Positions 39,301-52,251 of a stretch of DNA of 64,000 bases are shown in pieces. The notes below the pieces were generated by a model, which made no database searches, was not told where the DNA came from, and worked only from the letters and a program-made list of their open reading frames with translations. A program made the translations under genes and the position numbers. Where the stretch lies: contig CM041465.1 of the NCBI GenBank assembly GCA_023213395.1, forward strand, positions 183,527,741 through 183,591,740, in the 5' to 3' direction. Source of the stretch: Cycas panzhihuaensis (lineage: Eukaryota > Plantae > Cycadophyta). Position 1 is the first letter of the stretch. Every line of letters starts with the position of its first letter.

Positions 39301-40488
39301 CATGAAGTCTACCAGGAGTCAAGTCATATCTTTCTCTCTCAATCTAAATATATAAAAGAGATTCTTTAGAAATTCATGATAAAAGAATACAAACCCTTAC
39401 CAACTCCTATGGAGACAGATTTGAAATTAGACATTGATAAGCATGGAAAACCTATAGATCCTACTTTGTATAGGCAAATTATATGGAAATTAATTTACCT
39501 CATTCATACTCAACCTGGCATTATATATGCTATTGGGATCTTCTCAACGTTCATGGCATAGCCCAAGACTTCATATTGGAAAGCAGTAATTAGGATCCTA
39601 AGATAACTTTGGGGTACTTTCCAGTTTAGACTTGATTACTATCATGTGGATAATCTTTTACTAATAAGTTATATAGATGCAAAATGGGTTAGATGCAAAG
39701 ATAGTTGTAGACCAATCTCAGGCTACTATTTTAACTTGGGTTCTTCTTTAATTTCATGATGTTATAAAAAGTAACTTAATATCACTTTATCTTAAACTAA
39801 AGTTGAGTATAAAGCTATCATTAGCGCAACTGCAAAGGCTATCTAGCTTAGAAGGATTCTTAAAGAGCTTGGAATTATTTAGACACAAGCTATATTACTA
39901 TTCTGTAACAACCAGAGTGTTCTTAAATTAACTAAGAATCCTACATCCTATGCTAGAATAAAACACATAGCGATTCACCATTACTTCATCAAGAAGCATG
40001 TACATGATAGTGAGATAGATTTGATCTAGAAGCTTATTGATGATCATATAGTAGATATCTTCATAAAGGCACTATCTCGTGATGAATTTTAAAGGTTTTA
40101 GCTTGGCCTCGATGTCAGAATTAATAAACTCATCATTAAGGGAGGGTGATAAAAGAATTAATAATTGAGTTTATTAATTTATTAATGATTCATTGTATTA
40201 CACTTTTGTAATATTTATATATGATTTATATTAAAGGCTTTATTATTATAAATAGGTTAAATCATAATTTAATGTTATGAACCTAAGTGTGTGGGGGTAC
40301 TTTTACTCTTAATATTAAATAATATAAAGGTGGTTTAATCATGCAAGGTGCTAACTATCACCCTACATGATCTTACGTTTAATATTCTTTATGTTCATTG
40401 TAACTGCCTCTTTTGTTGCATATATGAGGCATTTTGTATATAATGTTTCATGTAATGCATTTTACATATGAGAGATTAATGTAAGATA

Positions 40489-40939
40489 TGTTGGGATTAA
40501 TGTTCATCACCCCACTCCCACCATTTACACATGTGAGTGTACACATGCGAAGGCAAGTAAGGTAAGGTTAAGTGTTACCTTAAGTAAGTATTATTTTAAT
40601 ATATTTTAAATTTTATAGGTTGAGGAGGTTTCCCTTCTTCCTCAAACTATATATTTACTGGAGTGACAAACCCTGGTATCTTTAGACATCACCTCCATTC
40701 TGGAAATTTATACATGCTTTCAAACATGGATTGAATGTAATATTTGGTTATACTCATATAATACAATGGATTAATTACTTGTTCATTACTCTGCTCTGTC
40801 TCTATTTTTTCAAATCCTACATTTGGTATTATAGCTACTTGGCAACTCCTTCATTTCGTATTAGAGCTTCTTGGCAACTCCTTCATTTTGTATAAGAGCT
40901 TCTTTCATTTGGTATTAGAGCTTCTTGGCAACTCCTTCA
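40489..40939 (+). mobile_element. Solo-LTR-like insert with terminal PBS-repeat array, TSD AGATA
   Basis: TGTTGGGA...TCCTACA (40489-40821) plus four PBS units ending CA at 40939; AGATA at 40484-40488 and 40940-40944; the 5' LTR of the host has a single AGATA at the empty site (33866-33870). Confidence 0.92.
40822..40939 (+). repeat. Tandem array of 32-bp units containing the tRNA-Met PBS
   Basis: TTTGGTATTAGAGCTTCTTGGCAACTCCTTCA x4 (32, 32, 22, 32 bp). Confidence 0.95.
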
Positions 40940-42187
40940 AGATATATTATTAGAGTTGTTGAGAAATTCAACACCTCCTTTTATGCATATTTTTTATCAA
41001 ATGTTTAATGAATGTTATGTTGAATGTATTGCATGAGTGAGTGAGACTTGAACCTAGGTCTAAACTAGGCATGATCCCTCACCCTTTCATCTTTAATAAC
41101 TTTATGCATGCCAAAGAGCTTATCATTTATTAGGATTATTATGCATAAGACTATTCATGTGCATATAAAATTGCCTTCATTTATAGTAGTGCGGTAACTA
41201 GAATAAGATTCAAAGTTAAGAATGCAAGTGAAAAGTGGTTCGACTCCTTATTCAATCAATACTTTAAACTTTATTCTCAAAAATATAATTAATCTCTTCT
41301 AGTATTTTAATAACTTTATGGGATTTAGTCTACTTATGGGATTATATCTCTACCTCTTCCTTTGTATACCCTACTTCTCTTATTATTTGCTAAGATTCCA
41401 TTTGAACTACAGAAGGTTGAATGGGTGTTACTCTTTTAATAGACTTACAATTTAGCTAAATAAGGCAGACCTTTCTTTGTGTTGTCTTATCTGGAGGAGA
41501 GGGATATTTGGTAATCTATTTCTTTTTCCATTTCCTTCATCTTCTCTTCGTAGTTATATAAACTTGCACTACTAGTTATTAGGGAGCAAGTGGTGGAGAA
41601 GGTGGTAGAATAAGCCTTCTTCATTTCTTCTTTTCCTTTTCTTTCTCACCATGTTGTTCTAATGGATTTTTCTTCTTTTCCTTTTCTATAGTTTTCTTCC
41701 TTGAGCCTTTATCTAAAGGTCCAACTCCTCCCTTCATAGGGATTTCTTTTGAAGGTAGATTTATTATATGTGGAATACATGAGTCTAGACTTTGATAGAA
41801 AACTAGTTCAATATTTAAAATTTTATTTTCATCCTCTTGGTTTCTAAAAACCTTGAGATTGTTAGTCTAGTGTTCTTTAGGGGCCATTTTGATACTCTTC
41901 ATATAGTTGTCCATCACTCTATTAGGGTCATACCACCTTAGAGGACTCTTGTTCATGTTGGATATTGTGATAACAATTGTTTAAGGCTAAAATTATGGCA
42001 TATTTTTGGAGCGGTTTCCCCCTAAATCTTTTTTGGGGGGTTCCAAGGGGGGCGGGAGCCCCCCTTGGTCGGGGGGTGTGGGGTGATAGCCCCCGACCCA
42101 GAAAATTAGCCATGTAAACCTTATCAAAATGTAAAAAGAATTAGTGTCATTTGATATAAATACCCTAGATTCTATGGTTGAGATTTA

Positions 42188-44665
42188 TCTTATGGAGAAT
42201 CATTGTATTTTGTCACTTTTATAGATGATTACTCTAGGAAGGTATGGGTCTATTTTTTGAAAAGGAAATCTAAAGTCTTCAGTGTGTTTAAGCAATTCAA
42301 GGATTTAGTTAAGAACAACACTAGTAAGACAATCAAATATTTAAGAACTGACAATGGAGGTGAGTTTAACTCTTTACAATTTAAGAATTATTTTAGAGAA
42401 GATGGGATCGAAAGATACAAGACCACTAGCTATATTCTACAGCAAAATGGCATTGTTGAGTGCATGAATAGGACACTCTTGGAAAGAGCAAGAAGCATGC
42501 TAAGTAATACAGTAGTGGAGCAGGGCTTGTAGGTAGAAGCTGTTCAAATAGCTTGCTATCTGGTAAAGAGATCACCATCACTTGCAATAGATTATAAAAT
42601 TCCTGAAGAGGTATGGGCTAGACATCCATATGATTATTCAAATTTAAAAATTTTTGGTTGTGATACTTATGCCTAGACTTGAAAAAGTAAACGTTCAAAG
42701 TTAGACCCAAAATCCAAGAGATATATCTTTGTTGGTTATAGGGATAAGGATGGTGTGAAGGGATACATGTTGTGGGATCCTACTGCCTACAAAATCACTA
42801 TTAACAGAGATGTTATATTTGATGAATCTCCCCTTGTAAATCTAGATAGTGTAGAAGCTAAAATGAAACAAGAGCAGCAAGATGAACATCAACAAGTCAA
42901 GTTTAAAATGCAGCCATCTGTGGAATCAGAAGAGCATGAAGATCTTTCTGAAGATGAATCAACAACAGATTCACAGGAGTATGTGGATACTCCTTTGCCA
43001 ATAGTTAGAAGATCTACACGAGTTAGTCATCCATCTGATAGGTATAACCCTTCTATTTCTATTACTTTAGTTTCTAATGATGGTGAGCCCACATGTTATA
43101 AGGAAGCAGTAGATGATAACCATAGAGAGTAGTGGCTAAGAGCTATGCAGGAAGAGATAGATGCTTTGAAGAAAAATAATTCATGGGACTTGGTAGAACT
43201 TCCACAATGCAGGAAGACTGTTAGTTGCAGGTGGGTCTTCAAAAAGAAAATAAATGTTGATGGAAAGGTTAATAAATACAGGGTAAGACTGGTGGCTAAA
43301 AGTTTTGCACAGAAAATAGGTATTGACTTTCATGAGATATTTTTACTAGTTGTTAAACTTGTTTCAATTTGAGTGCTGTTAGCATTGGTAGCTTCTCTTG
43401 ATTTGGAGTTAGAGCATTTAGATGTAAAAATAACTTTTCTACATGGAGATTTAGATGAGGAGATCTATATGGATCAACCAGAAGGGTTTGTACTAGATGG
43501 CAGGAAAAGACTTATTTGCAGGCTCAGGAAATCATTGTATGGACGAAGCAATCACCTAGGCAGTGGTACAAGAAGTTTGATGCCTTCATGGAGAGCCAAA
43601 ATTTTAAAAGAAGTGAGTATGATCATTGTGTTTACTTTAAATTTATAGGCAATGGCTTATTCATTATCTTGGTGTTATATGTTGATGACATGCTGGTTGC
43701 AAGCAAGAGCATGGAAGAAATCAATAAGCTAAAGGCTCAATTAGCTAGGACTTTTGATATGAAGGATCTAGGAGCTGCAAAATAAATCTTAGGCATGGAG
43801 ATACACAGAGACAGGAAAAATGGTAAGCTATGGTTATCACAGCAGAAATATATGGAGAAGGTGCTAACCAAGTTTTATATGAAAAATGTGAAACTAGTGA
43901 GTATCCCATTGGTTTGCCACTTCAAGCTTTCTTCGAATATGAGTCCTAGTAGTGAAGAAGAAAAGGCTTATATGTCTCGTGTGCCTTATGCCAGTGGAGA
44001 AGGAAGTTTGATGTATGCCATGGTATGTACAAGACCTAATATTTCACATGCAGTCAGTGTAGTTAGCAGGTTTATGGCAAATCTAGGAAAGGAACATTGG
44101 GCTGCAGTGAAATAGGTGCTTCGGTATTTGAGAGGCACGAGTGATTACTGCATCACCTTTAGAGGTACAGATAATTAGGTTTGTGGATATGTTGATTCAG
44201 ACTTTGTAGGAGATTGAGACAAAAGAAGGTCTACTTCAGGTTATGTTTTTACTCTTGCAAATGGTCTAGTTAGTTGGATGTCCAAATTGTAGAGCACAAT
44301 TGCACTATCAACCACGGAAGCTGAATATATTATTGCAACACATGCTTGTAAAGAAGCAGCACATGCTTGTAAAGAAGTAATCTGGTTACAGGGTCTATTG
44401 GTTGAGCTTAAAAGGAGACAGGAAAATGTAAAGGTATTTTGTGACAGTCAAAGTGCCATTTACCTAGCCAAGAATCCAACTTATCATAGTAGAATAAAAC
44501 ATATTGCTCTTAAGTACTATTTTGTTAGACAGGTTGTGGAAGTATGTGGAGTGGTACTTGATAACATTTACACCAATTAGAATTATGCTAATATATTCAC
44601 AAAACCAATACCAGTAGAGAAGTTCAAATGGTGTTTGACTTCTCTTAGCTTGTAGAAAAGGTGAT
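42188..44665 (+). pseudogene. Copia pol pseudogene, unit 1 (integrase core-RT-RNase H only)
   Basis: YFVTFIDDYSRKVWVYFLK, LRTDNGGEF, LVLYVDDML, FCDSQSAIYL; multiple stops. Confidence 0.93.
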
Positions 44666-45430
44666 GAAGGGTTCAGGAAAGGTACCAGGTAAATTATTGT
44701 CAAGGTGGAGATTATTGGATATTATGACAATAATCGTTTAAGGCTAAAATTGTGGCATGTTTTCGACACGGTTTCCCCCCTAATCCTTCTTGGGGGGTTC
44801 TAAGGGGGGCTCCTGCCCCCCTTGGTCGGGGGGTGCGAGGGGTTTGGGAACACCCCTCGCAAGAGGGGGTTTGGGGGCGATAGCCCCCAACCTGAAAAAT
44901 TAGCCATGTAAACCTTATCAAAATGTAAAGAGAATCAGGGTCATTTGATACAAATACCCTAGATTCTACGGTTGATATTTAGGTATTGGATGTTCCTCTT
45001 ATATAGCCCATTTTTAGGGATTTTCTTATTATGTTGTAATGGAATGTAATGTACTATGAAGAGGGTGGCGACTGGTTGTTGTTCCAAAGAGCACTCTGTA
45101 ACCTGAGATGTACTATTTTTCCATTTTACAATAATAAAGCTCGATACCTTTCTTGTGTGGATGTTTCCCTAGTACACTACTAGGGTTTTACCACGTTCTA
45201 TTGGGTGCATATGTGATGTTTGGCTTTCGTTTTCATGTTATTGTATAATCTCTAATTTTAGACTTGCATGTAATTTTAAGTTTTGATTTCTATAACTAGT
45301 TGTAAGAATGTAATAGATCTTGGTGGCTGTTAAAGGGTTGGACCTTGTATTCTCAACAAGTGGTATCAGAGCCACTCTTTTTCTTATAGTGAGTTTATGA
45401 AAGTTTTTAATGTCAGCTTTTCTACACCAA

Positions 45431-48400
45431 ATGGTGAAACTAGTAGGTGTAAAGTTTAAGGTGGAGAAATTCAATGGTAAGAACAACTTCGAGTTGTAGA
45501 AGCTAAAAGCATATGATATTCTTATACAGCAAGGTTTATACAAAGCCCTTATAGGCAAATCAAAGAAACCCGCAAGGATGGACGATGATGAATGGGATGA
45601 TTTAGACAAAAAGGCACTTAGCACAATATGACTGTGCTTGGTAGATAAAGTTTTGTTTAACATCACAGGGGAGCAGACAGCAGTAGGATTATGGACCCGG
45701 TTGGAAGGCCTGTATATGACCAAATCAGTAATGAATCGAATCTACCTAAAGAGGCAACTGTACTCGTTACAAATGAAGGAAGGTACAAAAATTACTGACC
45801 ATTTAAATATTTTCAATATTCTTATTTATCAATTGACTAGGATTAATGTTAAAATTGAGGATGAGGACAAGGCTGTTACCCTGTTATGGTCATTACCTAA
45901 ATCCTGGGATAATATTGTCACCTTAATTAGTTTTAGCACTAAAGATGAATTGGAATATGACTATGTTGTGAGTGCTTTGCTAATGGAAGAAGTGTAGAGG
46001 AAGTCTAGTCTTGAAACCTCCATACCAGAAGCCATGATAGTAAGGGGTCGAACATTTGAGAGAGGACAAAACTCTAGGGATATATTGAGGTCCAAGTCAA
46101 AGAGAAAAAAAAGTAAGCTCAGGTGTTGGTATTGTAATAAGACTGGTCACCTCAAGAAGGATTGTTATAAAAGGAAGGAGTTCCAGAAAAAGGAAGATCC
46201 TGTTAAGGAGGCGAAACATGTGGAGTCAAATCAAGGTATGGATGATGATGTCTTGGTTGCTTGTAATGTTTCTCATTATCACCATGACTAGTTATTAGAT
46301 TTAGGTGCTTCGTACCGCATGTGTCCACATAAGAGTTAGTTCTCATCATACCAACCTCTTGATGGTGGTGATGTGCTTGTGGGAAATGAAGTTTCTTGTA
46401 AGACAGTGGGCATTGGTAGCATCAGAATTAAGATGTTTGATAGGGTAGTCAGAACATTAATTGAGGTTAGACATGTACCTGATTTGAAAAGAATCTAATT
46501 TCTTTGGGTGAATTAGATTCGGGTGGTTTTAAGCATACAGGTTATGAAGGAGTCCTAAGGGTGTCAAAGGGTACCTTAGTTGTTATGAAAGCCTTAAAGA
46601 GAGGAAATCTTTATATTTTAGTGGGAAGTACATATGTTAGCCAAGCAGCTACAGTGTCAAAGACTGTAGAAGATCTAGCTCAGCTATGGCATCAGAGACT
46701 TGGGCACATGAGTGAGAGAGGACTTAAGGTGTTGATAAACCGTAAGTTGCTTCCTGACTTGCAGCTTTCAGACTTGGCTTTCTGTAAACATTATGTCTTT
46801 GGAAAATAGTGTAGACTCAGGTTTAAAGTAAGGAGTCACACTAGTAAAGGCATTCTGGATTACATACATTCAGATGTATGGAGACCAACCCCTAAAATAT
46901 CTTATAGAGGATCATTGTATTTTATCACTTTTATAGATGATTACTCCAGAATGTATGGGTCTATTTTTTGAAAAAGAAATTTGAAGTTTTTAGTGTGTTT
47001 AAGCAGTTTAAGGCTTTAGTTGAGAACAACACTAGTAAGATAATCAAATGTTTAAGAACTGATAATGGAGGTGAGTTCAACTCTTTGGAGTTTAAGAATT
47101 ATTATAGAGACGCTGGGATCGAAATACACAAGACCGATAGCTATATTCCACAGCAAATGGCATTGCTGAGCGCATGAATAGGACACTCTTAGAAAGAGCA
47201 AGAAGCATGCTAAATGTCTGAGGGAGTGGAGCAAGGCTTGTGGGAAGAAGCTATTCAAACAACTTACTATCTGGTAAATAGGTCACCATCACTTGCAATA
47301 GATTACAAAATTCCTGAAGAGGTATGGACTGGACATCCATGTGATTATTCAAATTTAAAAGTTTTTGGTTGTGATGCTTATGCCTGGACTAACAAAAGTA
47401 AATATTCAAAGTTAGACCCAAAATCCAAGAGATATATCTTTGTTGGTTATGGTGATAAGGATGGTGTGAAGGGATACATGTTGTGGGATCCTCACGCCCA
47501 CAAAATCACCATTATGAGAGATGTCATATTTGATGAATCTCCCTTGTAAAATTAGGCAAAGATAGAAGCTGAAATAAAATAGGAGCAGCAAGATGAACAT
47601 CAACAAGTCAAGTTTGAAATGCAGCCATCTGTGGAATCACAAGAGCATGAAGATCTTTCTGAAGATGAATCAGCAGCAGATTCATAGGAGTATGTGGATA
47701 CTCCTCTGCCAATAGTTAGAAGATCTATATGAGTTAGTCATCCACTTGATAGCTACAACCGTTCTATTTCTATTGCTTTAATTTCTAATGATTGTGAGCC
47801 CACATATTATCAGGAAGCAGTAGATGATATCCTTAGAGAGAAGTGGATAAGAGCTATACATGAAGAGATAGATGCTTTAAAGAAAAATAATTCGTGGGAC
47901 TTGGTAGAACTTCCATATGGCAGGAAGATTGTTGGTTGCAGGTGGGTTTTCAAAAAGAAAATAGATATTGATGGAAAGGTTAATAAATACAGGGCAAGAC
48001 TAGTGGCTAAAGGTTTTATACAGAAAGTAGGTATTGACTTTTATGAGATCTTTTCACTAGTTATTAAACTTGTTTCAATTTGAGTGTTGTTAGCATTGGT
48101 AACTTCTCTTGATTTGGAGCTGGAGCAGTTAGATGTAAAAATAACTTTTCTACATGGAGATTTAGATGAGGAGATCTATATGGATCAACCAGAAGGGTCT
48201 GTACAAGATGGCAGGAAAAGACTTATTTACAGGCTTAGGAAATCATTGTATGGCCTCAAGTAATCACCCAGGCAGTGGTACAAGAAGTTTGATGCCTTCA
48301 TGGAGAGCTAAAATTTTAAAAGAAGTGAGTATGATCATTGTGTTTATTTTAAATTTATGGACAACGGCTTATTTATTATCTTGGTGTTATATGTTGATGA

Positions 48401-49355
48401 CATGCTAGTTGCAAGCAAGAGCATGGAAGAAATCAATAAGCTAAAGGCTCAATTGGCTAGGATTTTTAATATGAAGGATCTAGGAGTTACAAAATAAATC
48501 TTAGGCATGGAGATACACAGAGATAGGAAAAATGGTAAGCTATGGTTATCACAGTAGAAATATGTAGAGAAGGTGCTAACCAGGTTTTGTATAACAAATG
48601 TGAAACCAGTAAGTATCCCATTGGTTTCCCACTTCAAGCCTTCTTCGAATATGAGTCCTAGTAGCGAAGAAGAAAAGGCTTATATGTCTCGTGTGCCTTA
48701 TGTCAGTGGAGTAGGAAGTTTGATGTATGCCATGGTATGTACAAGACCTGATATTTCACATGCAGTCGGTGTAGTTAGCAGGTTTATAGAAAATCCAGGA
48801 AAGGAACATTGGGCTGCAGTGAAATGGGTGCTTCGGTATTTGAGAGGCATAAGTGATTATTGCATCACCTTTAGAGGTACAAGTAATCAGGTTTGTGGAT
48901 ATGTTGATTCAAACTTTGTAGGAGATTTAGACAAAAGAAGGTCTACTTCAAGTTATGTTTTTACTCTTGTAAATGGTCTAGTTAGTTGGATGTCCAAATT
49001 GTAGAGCACAATTGCACTGTCAACCACAGAAGCTAAATATGTTGCAACACATGCTTGTAAAGAAGCAATCTAGTTACAAGGTCTATTGATTGAGCTTGGA
49101 AGGAGATAGAAAAATGTAAAAGTATTTTGTGACAGTCAAAGTGCTATTTACCTAGCCAAGAATTTAGCTTATCACAGTAGAATATAGCATATTGCTCTTA
49201 AGTACCATTTTGTTAGACAGGTTGTGGAAGCAGGTGGAATGGCACTTGAGAAGTTTCACACCAATCAGAATTATGCTAATATATTCATAAAACCAGTACC
49301 AGTAGAGAAGTTCAAATGGTGTTTGACTTCTCTTGGCTTGTAGAAAAGATGATAA
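45431..49355 (+). pseudogene. Copia gag-pol pseudogene, unit 2 (complete domain set, disrupted)
   Basis: gag/UBN2, CCHC knuckle, LLDLGASYRM protease, LWHQRLGHMSE, integrase, RT, RNase H. Confidence 0.93.
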
Positions 49356-52251
49356 AGGGTCCAGGAAAGGTACCAAGTAAATTGTTGTCAAGGTGAAGAT
49401 TACTAGATATTGTGACAACAATGGTTTAAGGTTAAAATTGTGGCATGTTTTTGGCGTGGTTTCCCCCCCAATCCTTTTTGGGGGGTTCCATGAAGCCCCC
49501 TTGGTGAGGGTCTTGGGGGTTTGGGAACATCCCTACAAGAGGGGGTTTGGAGGTGATAGCCCCCGACCTAGAAAATTAGCCATGTAAACTTTATCAAAAT
49601 GTAAAGAGAATCAGGGTCGTTTGATACGAATACCCCAGATTCTATGGTTGAGATTTAGGTCTTGGATGTTCCTATCATGTAGCCCGTTTTTAGGGCTTCT
49701 CTTATTATGTTATAATGGAATGTAATGTCCTGTGAAGAGGGCGGCAACTGGTTGTTGTTCCAGAGAGCACTCTGTAACCTGAGATGTCTGTTTCTCCATT
49801 CTATAGCAATAAAGCTCGATACATTTCTTGTGTGGATGTTTCCCTAGTGGACTGCTAGGATTTTACCACATTATATTGGATGCACACGTGATGTTTGACT
49901 TTCATTTTCATGTTATTATATAATCTCTGGTTTTAGAACTTGCATGTAATTTTAAGTTTCGATTTCTGTAACTAGTTGTAAGAATGCAATAGATCTTGGT
50001 GGCTATTAAAGGGTTGGACCTTGTATTCTCAACAGTTCATTTTATATATGACAAGAGGTGCACCTTCCTTTCCTACTTCTCTTTACTCTTTAACCTTCCA
50101 ATGCCCAATATTAACCACTTTAGGCTGATAAGAGGCCTTTTAAAATGGGGGATACAATCTTCCTTTGATAACTCAAACCTGCTTGCATATCTTCATGAAG
50201 AATATTTTAGGTGGAGTGTACTTAGGCAGATAAAAAGCAAAACAATTGACACCATATAACCATATGGTAGTGTAATCTTCAAATAGGTAAAAATCAGAAT
50301 ATGGTGTGTCTTATATTCCTCTTAGCCATATTTTCATATCATCATCTATCCTTACTAAAGGATGTATAAGAGCAATAACAAAAGTGTAAAATCTCTTCTT
50401 TAAAGATTAAAAAAGATAGAGTGCCCTCTCTTCCCATAGTCTTGAATAACAAAATTGTATGGGCTCATCTTCTATATTAATATCTGATAAGAACTTATCA
50501 TACTAATTATGCCTAACATCACATATATTGGGCATGAGGACATGTAAAAGGAGGTGTCCTCATACAATCCATTAATTTGAGCAATTAGGGTCTGACTCAT
50601 GATCTTATCCTAGTTTATTAGGTAATTCTCCTTCATCCATTTAAGATTTGTGAATGTGTACATAAGCATAAACTATGAGTCACCATTGCATCTAAAAACC
50701 CTATATAGAGGTAAAATCCATAGCTTAACATTGTCATGGAATAATTATGATTTTTGCATTTCTTTCTTTATGAACTTTTTTAGTGGTTCCAAGTACCTTC
50801 TTGCATGTCCTTCACCAACTATTTATCTTTCTCCATTGTCATTTGTAGTTTATCAATATCAAAAGCTACATTGGGATTAGGAAGTTGGAACATTATCCTT
50901 ATATGTTTTTCAATAAGGAGTATTATATGTTGTTCATTTGGTCCCATTATCAACTTGGCCTCTTTATCTAGACATTAGAATAATTGCCATATCATCTTAA
51001 GATATGGGAATATTTTTGGCTTAAAACCAATTTTGGCTAGCATGTAATGCCACACAAGTTTGGTTCTTTTTGTTGCTTATTTATACAGCTTAATATTTGT
51101 CTGCTTAAAACTTACCTTTGTGTCTTCTATAGCAGGTATTTTACAAAATATACAAGAAATTATATCTAGGAATTTTGCTTAATGATTCAAAGGAAAGAAT
51201 TAAGAAATATTTTGGAGATTGGTCACTAATCTTTTTTACATACAACTCTAGCTATCATTCATGGATTTTATCTTCATCCCACAAACAATCCTCTACTTCT
51301 TTATGATAAAAATAATGCAAAATAAAATAAGAGAAACTAATATAACATTCTATGACTTTGCATTAATGCCACATTTTTTATATCTGCTGTTCATTGTTTA
51401 CTTCTAATTAATGATTTGATATGCTTTAAGTTAGTCTTATAAATGCCTACTAAGAATTAATGTGCCCATTTCATATCAATCTTTATGTTGAGTATAATAT
51501 GAGAGCTCTATTTGGTAGGATTTATTATGTCATTAGATTATAAAATATGAACCCATATAGAGTCTCCTAATAAAGATCACTTTATCCTTTAGGAGGAGTG
51601 TTATTCATGTGGAGATGGTCATGTGGGTATAACTTTTAACTTTGTTCTTGCTATCTATTATCTCATATAATATCTCTCCCACATGAGTTTTTGCTTACCT
51701 TATAATATCACTTTTGTAAGATTAAATTCGTATAGGAGAACTAATTTTTCTTTTATCATTAAAAGGTGGGTTTGTTTAATATTTCTCATATCATTCTTTA
51801 TTTTATTATTGAATCACTCCTTATATTTTTGTCTTATGCAATGGGCCCCATTATGTTCCCAACACTTACTCTTCCTATAAGATGTCATCCTTCATAGAAT
51901 CATCCCACACTATATCTTCCTGCAAGTCATCCATTTCTTCGAAAGTGCTTCGAATTAGAACCATTATGTGGGCGAACGCTTCTATGGGAGCATACATTTC
52001 AAAAAATATAAAAGTTGTCTTCTTCTATTTTTTCGTAAAATGTTGCTCCCAAACAACTTCCTCTTATTCCAATAATTATACTAAGGGATTCTCTTTATAA
52101 CATTTTTTGATGGTATCCCTTCCATTTTCTATAGTTAATTTTATTACTACATTTATTTTGTATGATAATCACCTTATACCTCTATTTCTTAACCTAACAT
52201 TTCTCACTTGTAATCTTAGAATCTTAAGTGGTATAGTTTGAAGAGGTAACA

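Larger units (their letters stand above)
33528..41089 (+). mobile_element. Full-length decayed Ty1/copia element with long 5' leader; TSD CCTTT/TCTTT
   Basis: LTRs 33528-34015 and 40147-41089 (the latter with a nested insert); PBS TGGTATCAAAG 34018-34028; PPT AAGGGAGGG 40138-40146; gag from ~35843, then protease, LWHQCLGHL, integrase, RT and RNase H remnants. Confidence 0.94.
41956..50034 (+). mobile_element. Tandem dimer of a Tnt1/Tork-like copia element (LTR-int-LTR-int-LTR) with a single TSD GTTCA
   Basis: LTRs 41956-~42187 (truncated), 44713-45358 and 49401-50034; GTTCA at 41951-41955 and 50035-50039; PBS TGGTATCAGAGC 45361-45372; PPT AAGGTGGAGAT; gag KFKVEKFNGKNNF, zinc knuckle CWYCNKTGHLKKDC, LYVDDML. 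Confidence 0.96.
32006..52251 (-). mobile_element. Large host insertion (~3.7 kb of own sequence after removing nested elements) splitting the gypsy RT; carries a decayed minus-strand ORF
   Basis: Gypsy frame stops at ~32005 and resumes at 52252; minus strand begins TGTTACC and ends TTTCCTATTA; minus-strand coding remnants (YSDFYLFEDYTTIWLYG, FYLPKYTPPKIFFMKICKQ at ~50180-50310); no clean TSD. Confidence 0.55.

Noticed and set aside
40822-40939. CRISPR array interpretation of this array and the one at 54474-59175
   Set aside because: Eukaryotic retroelement context, repeats are the tRNA-Met PBS, no cas genes, and units here have no unique spacers
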